NCBI GenBank assembly: GCA_963841435.1
Contig: CAWJCS010000005.1
Span: 1,376,001-1,440,000, forward strand
Reading direction: 5' to 3'
Source: an uncultured delta proteobacterium
GTDB lineage: Bacteria; Myxococcota_A; Polyangia; Polyangiales; Polyangiaceae
DNA: 64,000 nt
The translations under genes were made by a program, and so were the position numbers. How positions within the stretch are numbered: the first letter of the stretch is position 1; each line of letters starts with the position of its first letter. Below the pieces are notes generated by a model. That model made no database searches. It had not been told where the DNA came from and saw nothing but the letters and a program-made list of their open reading frames with translations. Shown in pieces: positions 25,281-34,318 of the stretch.

Positions 25281-26738
25281 TCAGCGCGAGGTCACGTTGC
25301 CCTGCAAGGCGGCCGCCTGGGAGAGGCGCCGTCGGACCCAGAGCACGACCGCCAGGCGTGCAACCTCGGCGCGTGTCAGGCGCGCGCCCTTCTCGCCGGC
25401 GAGCCCTTGCGAAAGACCGGCGAGCGTGCCCGCGAGGAAAATGGGCAGGTCGTTGAAGCCGCCGTTCGGCAGCAGATCCAGCGTGTAGACGATGGAGATC
25501 ATGCCGACGCCGGCGAGCAGGCGCTGATGCTCCCGGGGCACGCGAGGCAGGCTCCGGAGCGCCATGCCGAGCGGCAAGACGAGCAGACCGAAGTACGTGA
25601 TGTACTCGGCGAACCCACCGCGTCCGAGGATGGCGATCCAAGCGCCGTCGATCACGGAGATGTTTTTGCCCTCGGAGGTCCAAATGTGACCCCGCGCGAA
25701 GTAGCTCCAGCCAAAGAGCGGTCGCTCCCAAAACTTGTCGAGCAGCATGTCCTCGTTCGTGAAGCGGAAGCCGAGCGACGCACCGCGCTCCGGGCTCAGG
25801 CCGTAGAAGAAGTCGCAAATGTCTTGCGCGGGGAAGATCCCGGTCAGGCGCAGGACGGGATAGAGAAAGACGATGATCCCCAACCCCGCGGCAAGCCGCA
25901 GCTGCGCGCGCGGCGTCAATACCCACATCAGGGGCACGAGCACTATCCCGTAAACCAGGGCTCCGAGGCTGTTCAAGAGCGCCAAGATCACCGTCACGTA
26001 GATCGCTAGCGCGGTCGGGTGGAGCCAGCGCACCGCGCGGACACGCGCCCTGACGAGTGCCCAGGAGGCAAGCGCTGACGCGCAGACGAACAGGGCCAGC
26101 GCGAGCCCGTGATGCATGAAGACTTGCGGCCGCCACCCGTCCGCTCGCTTCACCTGTCCCCAGGCGTGCTGGCGGTACCCGTAAATCCAGGAGTGGAGCT
26201 GCGGGCTCATCTTCAGCTCGAACAGAATGAGCGGGGAGTAGATGAGAAACGCGATGACGAGCGCCTTGAGCAGATCGCGAGCGTCGCTGGAGGTTCGAAA
26301 CATGGTCCGCCCGACGAGGAACGGGACGAACGTGTGGAGCGCCATGCTCAGACTGAACGACACGAGATCGTAAGGGCCCTGACCCTGGATGGTCTTCGGA
26401 CCGTAGTGCAGCGTGTCCTGATTCGTGAAGATGGTCCCGGCGAGCGCCACCAGCGAGAGCAGCATCAGTCGATCGATCCCGTGGCCGGGTTTCGCGCTTC
26501 GGAACTTCGGTCGTGCCCCGAGATACACGCCGCAAAAGATGCAGAGCGCGGGTAGCGTGAGCTTGTCGAGGGTCGGAATCAGCGGCGCATCGAATTGCAG
26601 AAGCTCGGGCAGGAACAGCACCGTGCCCAGGAGGACGGCGAGCACCGCGCGGGGGGCCGGCAGTTGCGAAAACGCGAGCATGGTCGCCGGGACCACCAGC
26701 CACATCATCACGTACGCGAGGATTGTGGGGTGCTGCAC
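25281..26738 (-). CDS. Wzy/O-antigen ligase-like polytopic membrane protein (probable polymerase)
   Basis: Many TM helices; WRPQVFMHHGL, SLGFRF..E, ERPLFGW, DGAWIAILGRGG; located next to the co-polymerase. Confidence 0.78.
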   Translation of the reverse strand: MQHPTILAYVMMWLVVPATMLAFSQLPAPRAVLAVLLGTVLFLPELLQFDAPLIPTLDKLTLPALCIFCGVYLGARPKFRSAKPGHGIDRLMLLSLVALAGTIFTNQDTLHYGPKTIQGQGPYDLVSFSLSMALHTFVPFLVGRTMFRTSSDARDLLKALVIAFLIYSPLILFELKMSPQLHSWIYGYRQHAWGQVKRADGWRPQVFMHHGLALALFVCASALASWALVRARVRAVRWLHPTALAIYVTVILALLNSLGALVYGIVLVPLMWVLTPRAQLRLAAGLGIIVFLYPVLRLTGIFPAQDICDFFYGLSPERGASLGFRFTNEDMLLDKFWERPLFGWSYFARGHIWTSEGKNISVIDGAWIAILGRGGFAEYITYFGLLVLPLGMALRSLPRVPREHQRLLAGVGMISIVYTLDLLPNGGFNDLPIFLAGTLAGLSQGLAGEKGARLTRAEVARLAVVLWVRRRLSQAAALQGNVTSR

Positions 26739-26920
26739 GAGTTCATGGTGCCTCGACGACGCGCAGGTTGCCAGCTACGAAGCGTGGCGCGACGCGACAG
26801 CGGGTCGCGATTGAGCCGGCCAGGCTCCGCCACGTCCAGAAACGGAGCACGGTTGCCCGGCGAAGACCCCAATGGTACGAGCCCACTCGCCGTGTTCGTC
26901 CGATGCTCCGCGGGAGTCGC

Positions 26921-28345
26921 ATGAGCCCCGAGGACTACACCGTCATCGTCGTAGGTACGGGGTTCGCGTCGTCCTTCTTCTTGCTGGAATACCTGAAGCA
27001 CGCGGAGCCCAGCGCTCGAGTGCTCGTCCTGGAGCGCGGCAGGCGTCTCGAGCCGACCACGAGGCTCAAGCAGCGCATCACCAGCGACGTCCGCTTCGAC
27101 GACGTGAGCATCAACCGAACGCCACGAAAGCCGTGGATCCAGAACATCGCCTTCGGGGGTGGCTCGTGCTGGACGGGGAACACGCCTCGGCTACACCCGA
27201 ACGACTTCAAGACGAAGTCCACCTACGGGGTCGGGCAGGACTGGCCCATCGGCTACGACGAGCTCGAGCCGTACTACACACGCGTCGAGGACGTGATGTG
27301 CATCGCGGGTGCGAGCGAAGGGCCCTACCCGCGATCGAAGCCGTACCCATCGCCGCCGCACCGCTTCAACGCCCTCGACGAGCTGCTCGCGGCCCGCTAT
27401 CCGGGCATGCACATCCATCTGCCGAGCGCTCGGGCGAGCAGCGAGCGCGCAGGCCGGCCGCTTTGCTGCGCCAGCGGGATTTGCAGCACCTGTCCGATCA
27501 TGGCGAAGTTCCAGGTCGACCAGCACATGACTCTGCCCTACGAGGATCCGCGGGTCACGCTGCGCCTCGACGCGAACGTGGAGCACGTCAACCTGCAGGG
27601 TGGGCAAGCCACCGGCGTCAGCTATTCGACGGCGGGGCGCACCTATTCGGTCAGGTCGGATCTCGTCGCGGTCGGAGCGCACGCGATCATGACGCCGTTC
27701 ATCCTGCTCAAGTCGGGCTTTCGCGACAAGGCGCTCGGTCACTACCTGAACGAGCAGATTTCTCGCGACGTGCGCGTCGATTTGCAGGGCGTTGACAACT
27801 ACGACGGCGGGCAGGCGGTCACGGGCCTCGGCCTCATGTTCCTGGACGGGGCGTTCCGCAAGACACGACCGGGCTGCTTGGTGGAGAACTGGAACGTGCC
27901 GTGGTTGCGCGCCGAGCCTGGTCGCTGGCGCCAGCGCGGCCTGCTCAAGTTCGTGTTCGAGGACGTGCCCGAGTACGACAACCACGTCGCGGTGAGCCGA
28001 GAGGATCCCTCGAAACCCGAGCTCTACTATCCCCGCCATTCGGCCTACATGAAGGCTGGGCTTTCCTCGGTGAAGCAGCGCATGGAGGAGCTCGCCGCAA
28101 AATTGCCGATCGAGGGGTACGACGTACGGCCGATCGAGGGGCTGGGTGGGTCGGCGCACATTCAGGGCACGACGCGCATGGGCACCGACCCGGCCGAAAG
28201 CGTCGTCAACCGGACGCTGCGACACCACACGGCCCGCAACCTGCTGGTCCTGGGCAGCGGCACCTTCCCCACCTGCCCTGCTGCCAACCCCACGTTGACC
28301 TTGTCGGCGCTCTCGATGTGGGCGGCGGAGCGTCTGTTCTCGTGA
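26921..28345 (+). CDS. GMC-family FAD oxidoreductase
   Basis: VIVVGTG, VLVLERG, WPIGYDELEPYY, C...G.C..CP, HIQGTTRMG, ANPTLT. Confidence 0.9.
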   Translation: MSPEDYTVIVVGTGFASSFFLLEYLKHAEPSARVLVLERGRRLEPTTRLKQRITSDVRFDDVSINRTPRKPWIQNIAFGGGSCWTGNTPRLHPNDFKTKSTYGVGQDWPIGYDELEPYYTRVEDVMCIAGASEGPYPRSKPYPSPPHRFNALDELLAARYPGMHIHLPSARASSERAGRPLCCASGICSTCPIMAKFQVDQHMTLPYEDPRVTLRLDANVEHVNLQGGQATGVSYSTAGRTYSVRSDLVAVGAHAIMTPFILLKSGFRDKALGHYLNEQISRDVRVDLQGVDNYDGGQAVTGLGLMFLDGAFRKTRPGCLVENWNVPWLRAEPGRWRQRGLLKFVFEDVPEYDNHVAVSREDPSKPELYYPRHSAYMKAGLSSVKQRMEELAAKLPIEGYDVRPIEGLGGSAHIQGTTRMGTDPAESVVNRTLRHHTARNLLVLGSGTFPTCPAANPTLTLSALSMWAAERLFS

Positions 28346-28788
28346 GCGCCTTGAAGATCACCCGCCGCAAGCTGTTGGCCCTGGGCGCCACGTCGGGCCT
28401 CGCCGGCATCTATGGTCTGTACAAGTGGCACTTCGGCGACGCGACGGAGGTGATCGTCACGATCCTACACCGTCGCGTCGGGTACCTCCGCGTGGACACG
28501 AGCACCTTCCACACTTTCGCCAAGGACTACGTCGTGTTTCGCAAGCAATACGAGAGAGAGCTCGCGAAACTGTCGGCGCTGGCGTTGCCGCTGCGCTTCA
28601 TGAGCCCCTACGCGTGGCTGGAACGCGGCCACCCCTACCGTCGCCTCGAAGACAACGTCGTCTCCCGCTACCTCTTGTCAACGGATTTTTTCCAGAATGG
28701 CGCCAACGAGCGGACGCTCGTCAAGTACCTCTCGTTCTACGACCCGTTGCTCACCATCTGCCGCAACCCGCTCGCCCGGCGCAGCTGA
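28342..28788 (+). CDS. Tat-signal protein, probable small partner subunit of the GMC oxidoreductase
   Basis: ITRRKLL followed by a hydrophobic stretch; YLLSTDFF; GTGA-coupled to the GMC gene. Confidence 0.65.
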   Translation: MSALKITRRKLLALGATSGLAGIYGLYKWHFGDATEVIVTILHRRVGYLRVDTSTFHTFAKDYVVFRKQYERELAKLSALALPLRFMSPYAWLERGHPYRRLEDNVVSRYLLSTDFFQNGANERTLVKYLSFYDPLLTICRNPLARRS

Positions 28789-30462
28789 CTAGCGCGAGAG
28801 CCGCAGGACCTGGTAGGGAGCGCTGTCCGGCAGCGGGAGCGGCCTGTAGTCGACGCCGAGATGGTCGAGCTCGCTTTCGAGCGGCATGGGCTTTACGAGG
28901 AACACCGGACGCCGCCAGTCTAGCTGGGCCGTGACGTCCGGCACGGGAGCGAGCGGCTCGGCGCAGGTCCCACAGCGGAATCGTCCGTGCACCTCGATGG
29001 CGGGATCGAGCAGGTGCCCGATGACGAAGAAGTCGAACGTCGTGTCGTCGAAAACGATTTGCGCGGCGTGCGCTCGGGGGATCGCCTTCGTGCTGGCGAG
29101 GATCGCCTCCCCACCCGAGCGGTGCCACCAAGTACGCGCGTTCAGCAGCGCGGCGTCGCTCAGCAGCGTCAGGGCGCAGAGCAAGCCGAATGCCACCCGC
29201 AGCCCCCGCGTGCCGCTCGCAGCGACCGACCCACGACCATCGCCGAAGACGGCACCCGCCACGACGAGCGTCACGACGACGCACGACGGCAGGAGGTAGC
29301 GCGCGTACGAAGTGCGCGCGGCCGCAAGGTCGCCCACCAAAACCAAGAGCCAGGGCACGGCCACCAACGTGGCGAGAAAGCTGACCGCGGCGCTGCGCGC
29401 ATGGCGGACGACCCGATACGCCGACAGCAGCACCACGGCCAACACGAACACGACGATCGAGTAGAGGCCGATGCGCTCCGAGAGCCGCGGGTGCGTGTCG
29501 ATCAGCGGGAGATCGAAGAACACCCGCACGAGCGTCATGGTCCAGTATCGGATCGTGTCCGCGGCGCCGTGTTGGACGACCTGACCCGCATTCGTCTGCA
29601 CCGACCCACGGTTCTCGACGACGACCCAGAGCCAGGGGCTGAACAGAGCGAGCGCACCCGCCACGGTCGCCGCGTAGGCCGCCAGCACTCTTGGCCGGCG
29701 AAAGCTCGTGATGGCCACGTGCGCCGCGTGCGCCAACAGCACGGGAACCGTGAGCAGCGAGCTGTAGAACGACAAGGCGAGCAACGTGGCGTAGAGAAGC
29801 CACGAGCCGCGCGTCAACCGCCGCATGGCTCGAAGCAACGCCACGCCCGCAAAGAGCGCCGCTGCGAGCCACATGGAGTATTCCCGCGCCTCCTTTGCGT
29901 AGAGCAATTGCAGCGGCGAGATGGCGCTGAGCGCGACGGCAGCGATGGCGGCGGCGCGGCCCTCGAAGAGCTCTCGCGCGAGCAGGTAGACCGCGACGAG
30001 CGCGAGGACGCCGAACACCGCGGACAGGCTGCGAACGTCCATCAAGCCTCCCCCGAAAAGCGGTGCCCACAGGCGCGCGCACGCGTAAAAGAGCGGGGCG
30101 TGCTCCCCCTCCTCGATCGCAAGGCTACGCAGCGTGTCGCCGACGGAATGGCCTTCGACCACCGCCTGATAGCGCATCAGGCGCTCGACCGAGAGCGGCT
30201 GATGCGCGAGAAACTCGCGGACAACGTCCGATTCGAGGTACCCCGAGAGCCGCAATCCCGTGAAGGTTTCGTCCAGCCAGAGCGGCTGGTGATCGAGCCG
30301 CCAGAAGCGCGGCAGGGCGCCGAGGCCCAACACGAGGAGCAGCCCATGGCGACGGAAGAGCGATCGGATGCGAGCAGCGGGCCCTTCTGGCGGCGACGGC
30401 TCGTCGCCGTGGAACCGAGCGGTTCCGCTGGACTGGCCTTTCGACACCGTGGAGCGCGTCAT
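28789..30462 (-). CDS. GT-C fold glycosyltransferase (ArnT/PMT-like)
   Basis: LWLDE, HAPLFY, RSLSAVFG, YAKEAREYS; multiple TM helices. Confidence 0.85.
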   Translation of the reverse strand: MTRSTVSKGQSSGTARFHGDEPSPPEGPAARIRSLFRRHGLLLVLGLGALPRFWRLDHQPLWLDETFTGLRLSGYLESDVVREFLAHQPLSVERLMRYQAVVEGHSVGDTLRSLAIEEGEHAPLFYACARLWAPLFGGGLMDVRSLSAVFGVLALVAVYLLARELFEGRAAAIAAVALSAISPLQLLYAKEAREYSMWLAAALFAGVALLRAMRRLTRGSWLLYATLLALSFYSSLLTVPVLLAHAAHVAITSFRRPRVLAAYAATVAGALALFSPWLWVVVENRGSVQTNAGQVVQHGAADTIRYWTMTLVRVFFDLPLIDTHPRLSERIGLYSIVVFVLAVVLLSAYRVVRHARSAAVSFLATLVAVPWLLVLVGDLAAARTSYARYLLPSCVVVTLVVAGAVFGDGRGSVAASGTRGLRVAFGLLCALTLLSDAALLNARTWWHRSGGEAILASTKAIPRAHAAQIVFDDTTFDFFVIGHLLDPAIEVHGRFRCGTCAEPLAPVPDVTAQLDWRRPVFLVKPMPLESELDHLGVDYRPLPLPDSAPYQVLRLSR

Positions 30463-30611
30463 GTCCGAAGATCTCGCGGCGCGAGCGCCGCTCGGGGCCT
30501 CGCGCGAGGCTATCGTCGATCACAGGCTCCGCCAAGCGAGAGCTATGGCGGCTCTCGCCCGAGCTCTTCACCCGATTTCCCCGCTGAGTGGTAGTTTACC
30601 TGAACCGAGGC

Positions 30612-31568
30612 ATGGGTTTCGTCGAATCGAGCCGAGCGTTCTTCCAATCTCGCTGGGGCGCCGCGCTGAAGCTGCTTCTGGGCCTTGGCGTCCTCGTGAT
30701 CGTGGTGCGGTCGGTCGAATGGAGCGTGCTTTCGAGCCTCGCATCCCGCACGAGCCCGATTGGGGTGCTCCTCGTTGCTCTGAGCGCCATCGGCGCCCAC
30801 GTCGTGGGGGCCGCCCGCTTCAAGCTGCTCTGCGATCCCGTGGTCCGGCTCCCCCTTCTCACCCACGCTCGCTTGTACTTCGTCTCGACCTGCTTCGGAC
30901 TCTTCTTGCCGAGCCTCGTGGGGGGTGACAGCGCGCGCGTCGTGATGCTGGTCCAGAGCGGAGCCAAGGCCTCCCAAGCAACGACCCTGGTTCTCTCGGA
31001 ACGCATCATCGGGGTCGCCTCGTTGCTGCTCGTCTCTGCGTCGGCCGCGCTGTTCTCGCCGTTGCCCGCGTGGGCCAAGGGAGGTCTGGGTGCGGCGGCG
31101 CTCCTCGCGCTCTTGGCGCTCGAGATCATGCGCAGGGTAGGCGCGACGCTCAAGCCCGGGCAGGCCTGGGCGCAATCCGCGCTCGACGCGGTCGCCCGCG
31201 CGCTCAGCGTCGAGCGCGTGGGTTCCGTTCTGCTCGTGTCGCTCTTCTATCAGACGGCTGCCGTGGCGACGACGGCGTTCGTCGGGTGGGGCCTGGCGCT
31301 CGACGTACCGAAGATTCTCGTCTTCACGCTCACGCCGCTCGTCTGGTTTGCGACCATGCTGCCCATCTCCGTCGGGGGGCTCGGCGTGCGGGAAGCGGGC
31401 TTCTTGATCGTGTTTTCCTGGGCGGGCGTCGAACGGGAGCCCGCCCTCTTGTTGTCGCTCGGAACCTACGCGGGCGTGGTGATCGTCGGGCTATGCGGAG
31501 CGATCTGGTTTGCTCTGGCTCGCTTCGGTGGGCGGCCCGCGCCGCTTTCGTCATCCCACACACCGTAG
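30612..31568 (+). CDS. LPG-synthase-TM/UPF0104 flippase-like membrane protein
   Basis: FLPSLVGGD, SERIIG, LPISVGGLGVRE. Confidence 0.85.
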   Translation: MGFVESSRAFFQSRWGAALKLLLGLGVLVIVVRSVEWSVLSSLASRTSPIGVLLVALSAIGAHVVGAARFKLLCDPVVRLPLLTHARLYFVSTCFGLFLPSLVGGDSARVVMLVQSGAKASQATTLVLSERIIGVASLLLVSASAALFSPLPAWAKGGLGAAALLALLALEIMRRVGATLKPGQAWAQSALDAVARALSVERVGSVLLVSLFYQTAAVATTAFVGWGLALDVPKILVFTLTPLVWFATMLPISVGGLGVREAGFLIVFSWAGVEREPALLLSLGTYAGVVIVGLCGAIWFALARFGGRPAPLSSSHTP

Positions 31569-31630
31569 TGAACGGCGACGATTGGCACGCGAAAGTGGCT
31601 TTGCGAGCAAAGGCGCTCGGCTGTCCGGCG

Positions 31631-32686
31631 TCAGGCCGCGCGGCGTCGAGCCATCGCGCGCCCGAGCGTGAGCAGCGCGTACGCAAAAAGGGGGGACAGC
31701 GTGGAGATCCCGCGATCGACGGCGACCGCTGCCGTGCCGGTCGCGAGGTTGACACCTGCGAGGCGGTTCAAGAGCGCGATGGCCGCGACGCCCACGACCC
31801 CCTCGGAGAACGGCAGGAGCGACAGGATGCCGGCAATCAGCGAAATCGGGTAGACGAACAACACCGCGAGGAGCTCGACCTGGCTGCCCGCCGCGCGGAG
31901 CAGCACCCAGAGTTTGACGAAATCGGCGAGCCACGCGACGAGCGTAACGAGTAGGTAGCGCGCGAGCACCCGTGGCGAAGCAAAGACCTCGTCCCATACG
32001 TCGAACAGACGGTGGGCGATGTCCTCGACGCGCTCACGCCTCACGGCCTTGACGAGGCGGGATCCGAACCTGGCGATCAGCCGAATGCCGGCGCTCCTGA
32101 GGCGCCGGATCGTCACACTCGCGACGCCCGCGATGAGCACGCCCAGGAGCACCGCCGCACCCACCTGCAGGCTCGACTGCTGTGTCTGCCGGGCCAGGAG
32201 CGCCCCCGTGACGACGATCATCGCGCAAACGACGATGAGGTCCAGGATGCGTTCGATCGCGACCAGACCCAGCCCCACGGCGCGGCGAACGCCAAAAGCC
32301 TTGAGCAGCTCCGCCTTCACGACGTCGCCCGCGCGGGCCGGCGTCGCCAGGGAGGCGCTCAGTCCGAGTAGAAAGATGCGGAAGCCGTCAGCGACCCCGT
32401 AGCCCTTGGCCCCGGCTCGCACGGCGAGAGCGTGGTAGCGGAGACCACGCGACACCAGGTGCGCTCCGATCAGAGTGAAAACGGCGCCGAGATCCGTGGC
32501 GTCGAGCCGCGACAGCACGGAGACGAAGCGCTCGCGGTCGATCGTGCGAGCCGCCAGCACGACGATCGCGAGGTAGCCCGCGACGGCCACGAGCAAGCGG
32601 ACGTACCGGCGGCTGGATCTCGCTCCAGCGGTCCGGGTTGCCGCCGCCTCGTTGCCGGCCGGTGGGTCTTCGGACGGAGTCACCAC
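31631..32686 (-). CDS. LPG-synthase-TM/UPF0104 flippase-like membrane protein (start uncertain)
   Basis: TPARAGDVVK, IERILDL, LPFSEGVVG, VDR. Confidence 0.8.
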   Translation of the reverse strand: MVTPSEDPPAGNEAAATRTAGARSSRRYVRLLVAVAGYLAIVVLAARTIDRERFVSVLSRLDATDLGAVFTLIGAHLVSRGLRYHALAVRAGAKGYGVADGFRIFLLGLSASLATPARAGDVVKAELLKAFGVRRAVGLGLVAIERILDLIVVCAMIVVTGALLARQTQQSSLQVGAAVLLGVLIAGVASVTIRRLRSAGIRLIARFGSRLVKAVRRERVEDIAHRLFDVWDEVFASPRVLARYLLVTLVAWLADFVKLWVLLRAAGSQVELLAVLFVYPISLIAGILSLLPFSEGVVGVAAIALLNRLAGVNLATGTAAVAVDRGISTLSPLFAYALLTLGRAMARRRAA

Positions 32687-32799
32687 GTCGCCATGCCGAC
32701 GCGTACCAGATGCGTCGCCGAAAATGAACGAGCATCGGGGTTTTTCGCCCGGCAGGAACGCGAGCCCGGCGGGGGCGTCGAAAGCCCCCGCCGGCCAGG

Positions 32800-34185
32800 T
32801 CAATGCGAGCAGTCGTTCAGCTCGGGGACCGGAACGGCGCGGAACCAGAACAGCTTGGCGAGAATCGGGTTCGGGGGTTGACCGAGCAAGGGGTCGTCGC
32901 CTACGCGGGGCGCGACGTGCCGTACCCCGCGATATTCGTAGACGAGCTCGAGGTCGGGGCTGAAGGCCGCGAGCTGCTGCATCGCGAAGAAAGTGTACCG
33001 GGTCCCCTGGCGGCCCGACTCACTGAGGTCGTGGTCGCTCGACGAAACGATGCTCACGAGATCGTCCTGAAAATGGAACACGCGCATGGCGCGCGGCATG
33101 ACGAAGTGGTTCCAGAGCTCGCCCTCGGTCTGCACGTTGCTGAACATGGTGAAGCTCGATTCGGTCTTGAGTCCGAGGAAGGGGCAAAGGGCGTTGAGCG
33201 TCACCAAGATGGGCGTGATCCAGAGCCACCCGTTCATCGGCCTGAAACGCACGGGGGGCGCCACGAGCCGAGGCATCTTCAGCCACGCGAGCGCGACCAG
33301 CGTCACGAGACCGAGCGTGAAGGCGGCCCAGATGGCCTTGAAGAGAAGCAGGGTGAAGCGGCGGCGGAATGCGTCGTCCGGCACGACGAAGGGGAACACG
33401 CCGACCACGACGACGACCGCGGCGAGCACGATCGCCGCGCTGGCACGCCCCCGCGCGAGCCTCTGCACGAGGGCTACCACCCGACGGGACGCGCGCGAGC
33501 GAACGAGGACGTCACGCGCGCGCTCGACCAGCTCCGGCGGCGCGAACAGCGCATAGAGGGGGAGCAGCGACGCCGAGAAGTTGAAGAAGCCGTTGATGCC
33601 GAGAATCATATGGAAGAGCGTGCCCAAAATCAGCGTGATCGGGCGGGTCTTGCGCCAGAGCAGGGCGACCGGCAAGAGGCCCTCGACGACGAGCACCTGG
33701 TAGATCGAAAGCTCCCCTGCCCACGCTCCCTTCGGCAAAAACGGCAGCTTGTGCGCGAGCCAGTCGTACATCGTCCTCGAGCAGCTCACGTCGGGGTTGA
33801 AAAACCCTGCGTTGAGCTTCGCGAGCGTGACGCACACGTAGAGAATCACGAGATGCACGCGCAGCGTGGGTGCGAAGGTCTCGAACCAGTGCTCGCCGTC
33901 CAACTTCGCGCCACCCCGGCCGACGAGGCAGAGCGCCGCGATCAGGATCGTCAGGTCGCCGAAGCTGAGCAGCCACCAATGGTTCGTCTCGAACGGCAGG
34001 TGATACGCGAACGTCGCCAGCTGCACGCCGGCGAGCAGCACCGCGCTGCTCGGCAGCGGTCGAAGCAGCATCCAGAGCGCGGCGAGGTCGAGCGCGATGT
34101 CAACCGAAATGCCCGCGAAGTGCCCCGCCCGACCCTGGTGGATCAGGATCGCGAACGCCCAGAGAAACGTGAAGAGACGAAACAT
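32800..34185 (-). CDS. HTTM-like polytopic membrane protein
   Basis: NHWW, AKLNAGFFNPDVSC, VVEG, FHMILG...FNFS, FTMFSN pattern; many TM helices. Confidence 0.6.
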   Translation of the reverse strand: MFRLFTFLWAFAILIHQGRAGHFAGISVDIALDLAALWMLLRPLPSSAVLLAGVQLATFAYHLPFETNHWWLLSFGDLTILIAALCLVGRGGAKLDGEHWFETFAPTLRVHLVILYVCVTLAKLNAGFFNPDVSCSRTMYDWLAHKLPFLPKGAWAGELSIYQVLVVEGLLPVALLWRKTRPITLILGTLFHMILGINGFFNFSASLLPLYALFAPPELVERARDVLVRSRASRRVVALVQRLARGRASAAIVLAAVVVVVGVFPFVVPDDAFRRRFTLLLFKAIWAAFTLGLVTLVALAWLKMPRLVAPPVRFRPMNGWLWITPILVTLNALCPFLGLKTESSFTMFSNVQTEGELWNHFVMPRAMRVFHFQDDLVSIVSSSDHDLSESGRQGTRYTFFAMQQLAAFSPDLELVYEYRGVRHVAPRVGDDPLLGQPPNPILAKLFWFRAVPVPELNDCSH

Positions 34186-34318
34186 CCGTGTGGCGAGAAG
34201 CAGCGCTCGTACCGCAGACCGTCCCGCGCCTCAAGTGCGGACGACGGCGATCGCGGCGCAAAATCCGTCTCGCGTGCGCGGCACCGCGCATGAAGTGCGC
34301 GGCCGTTGGCTTTGCCCT

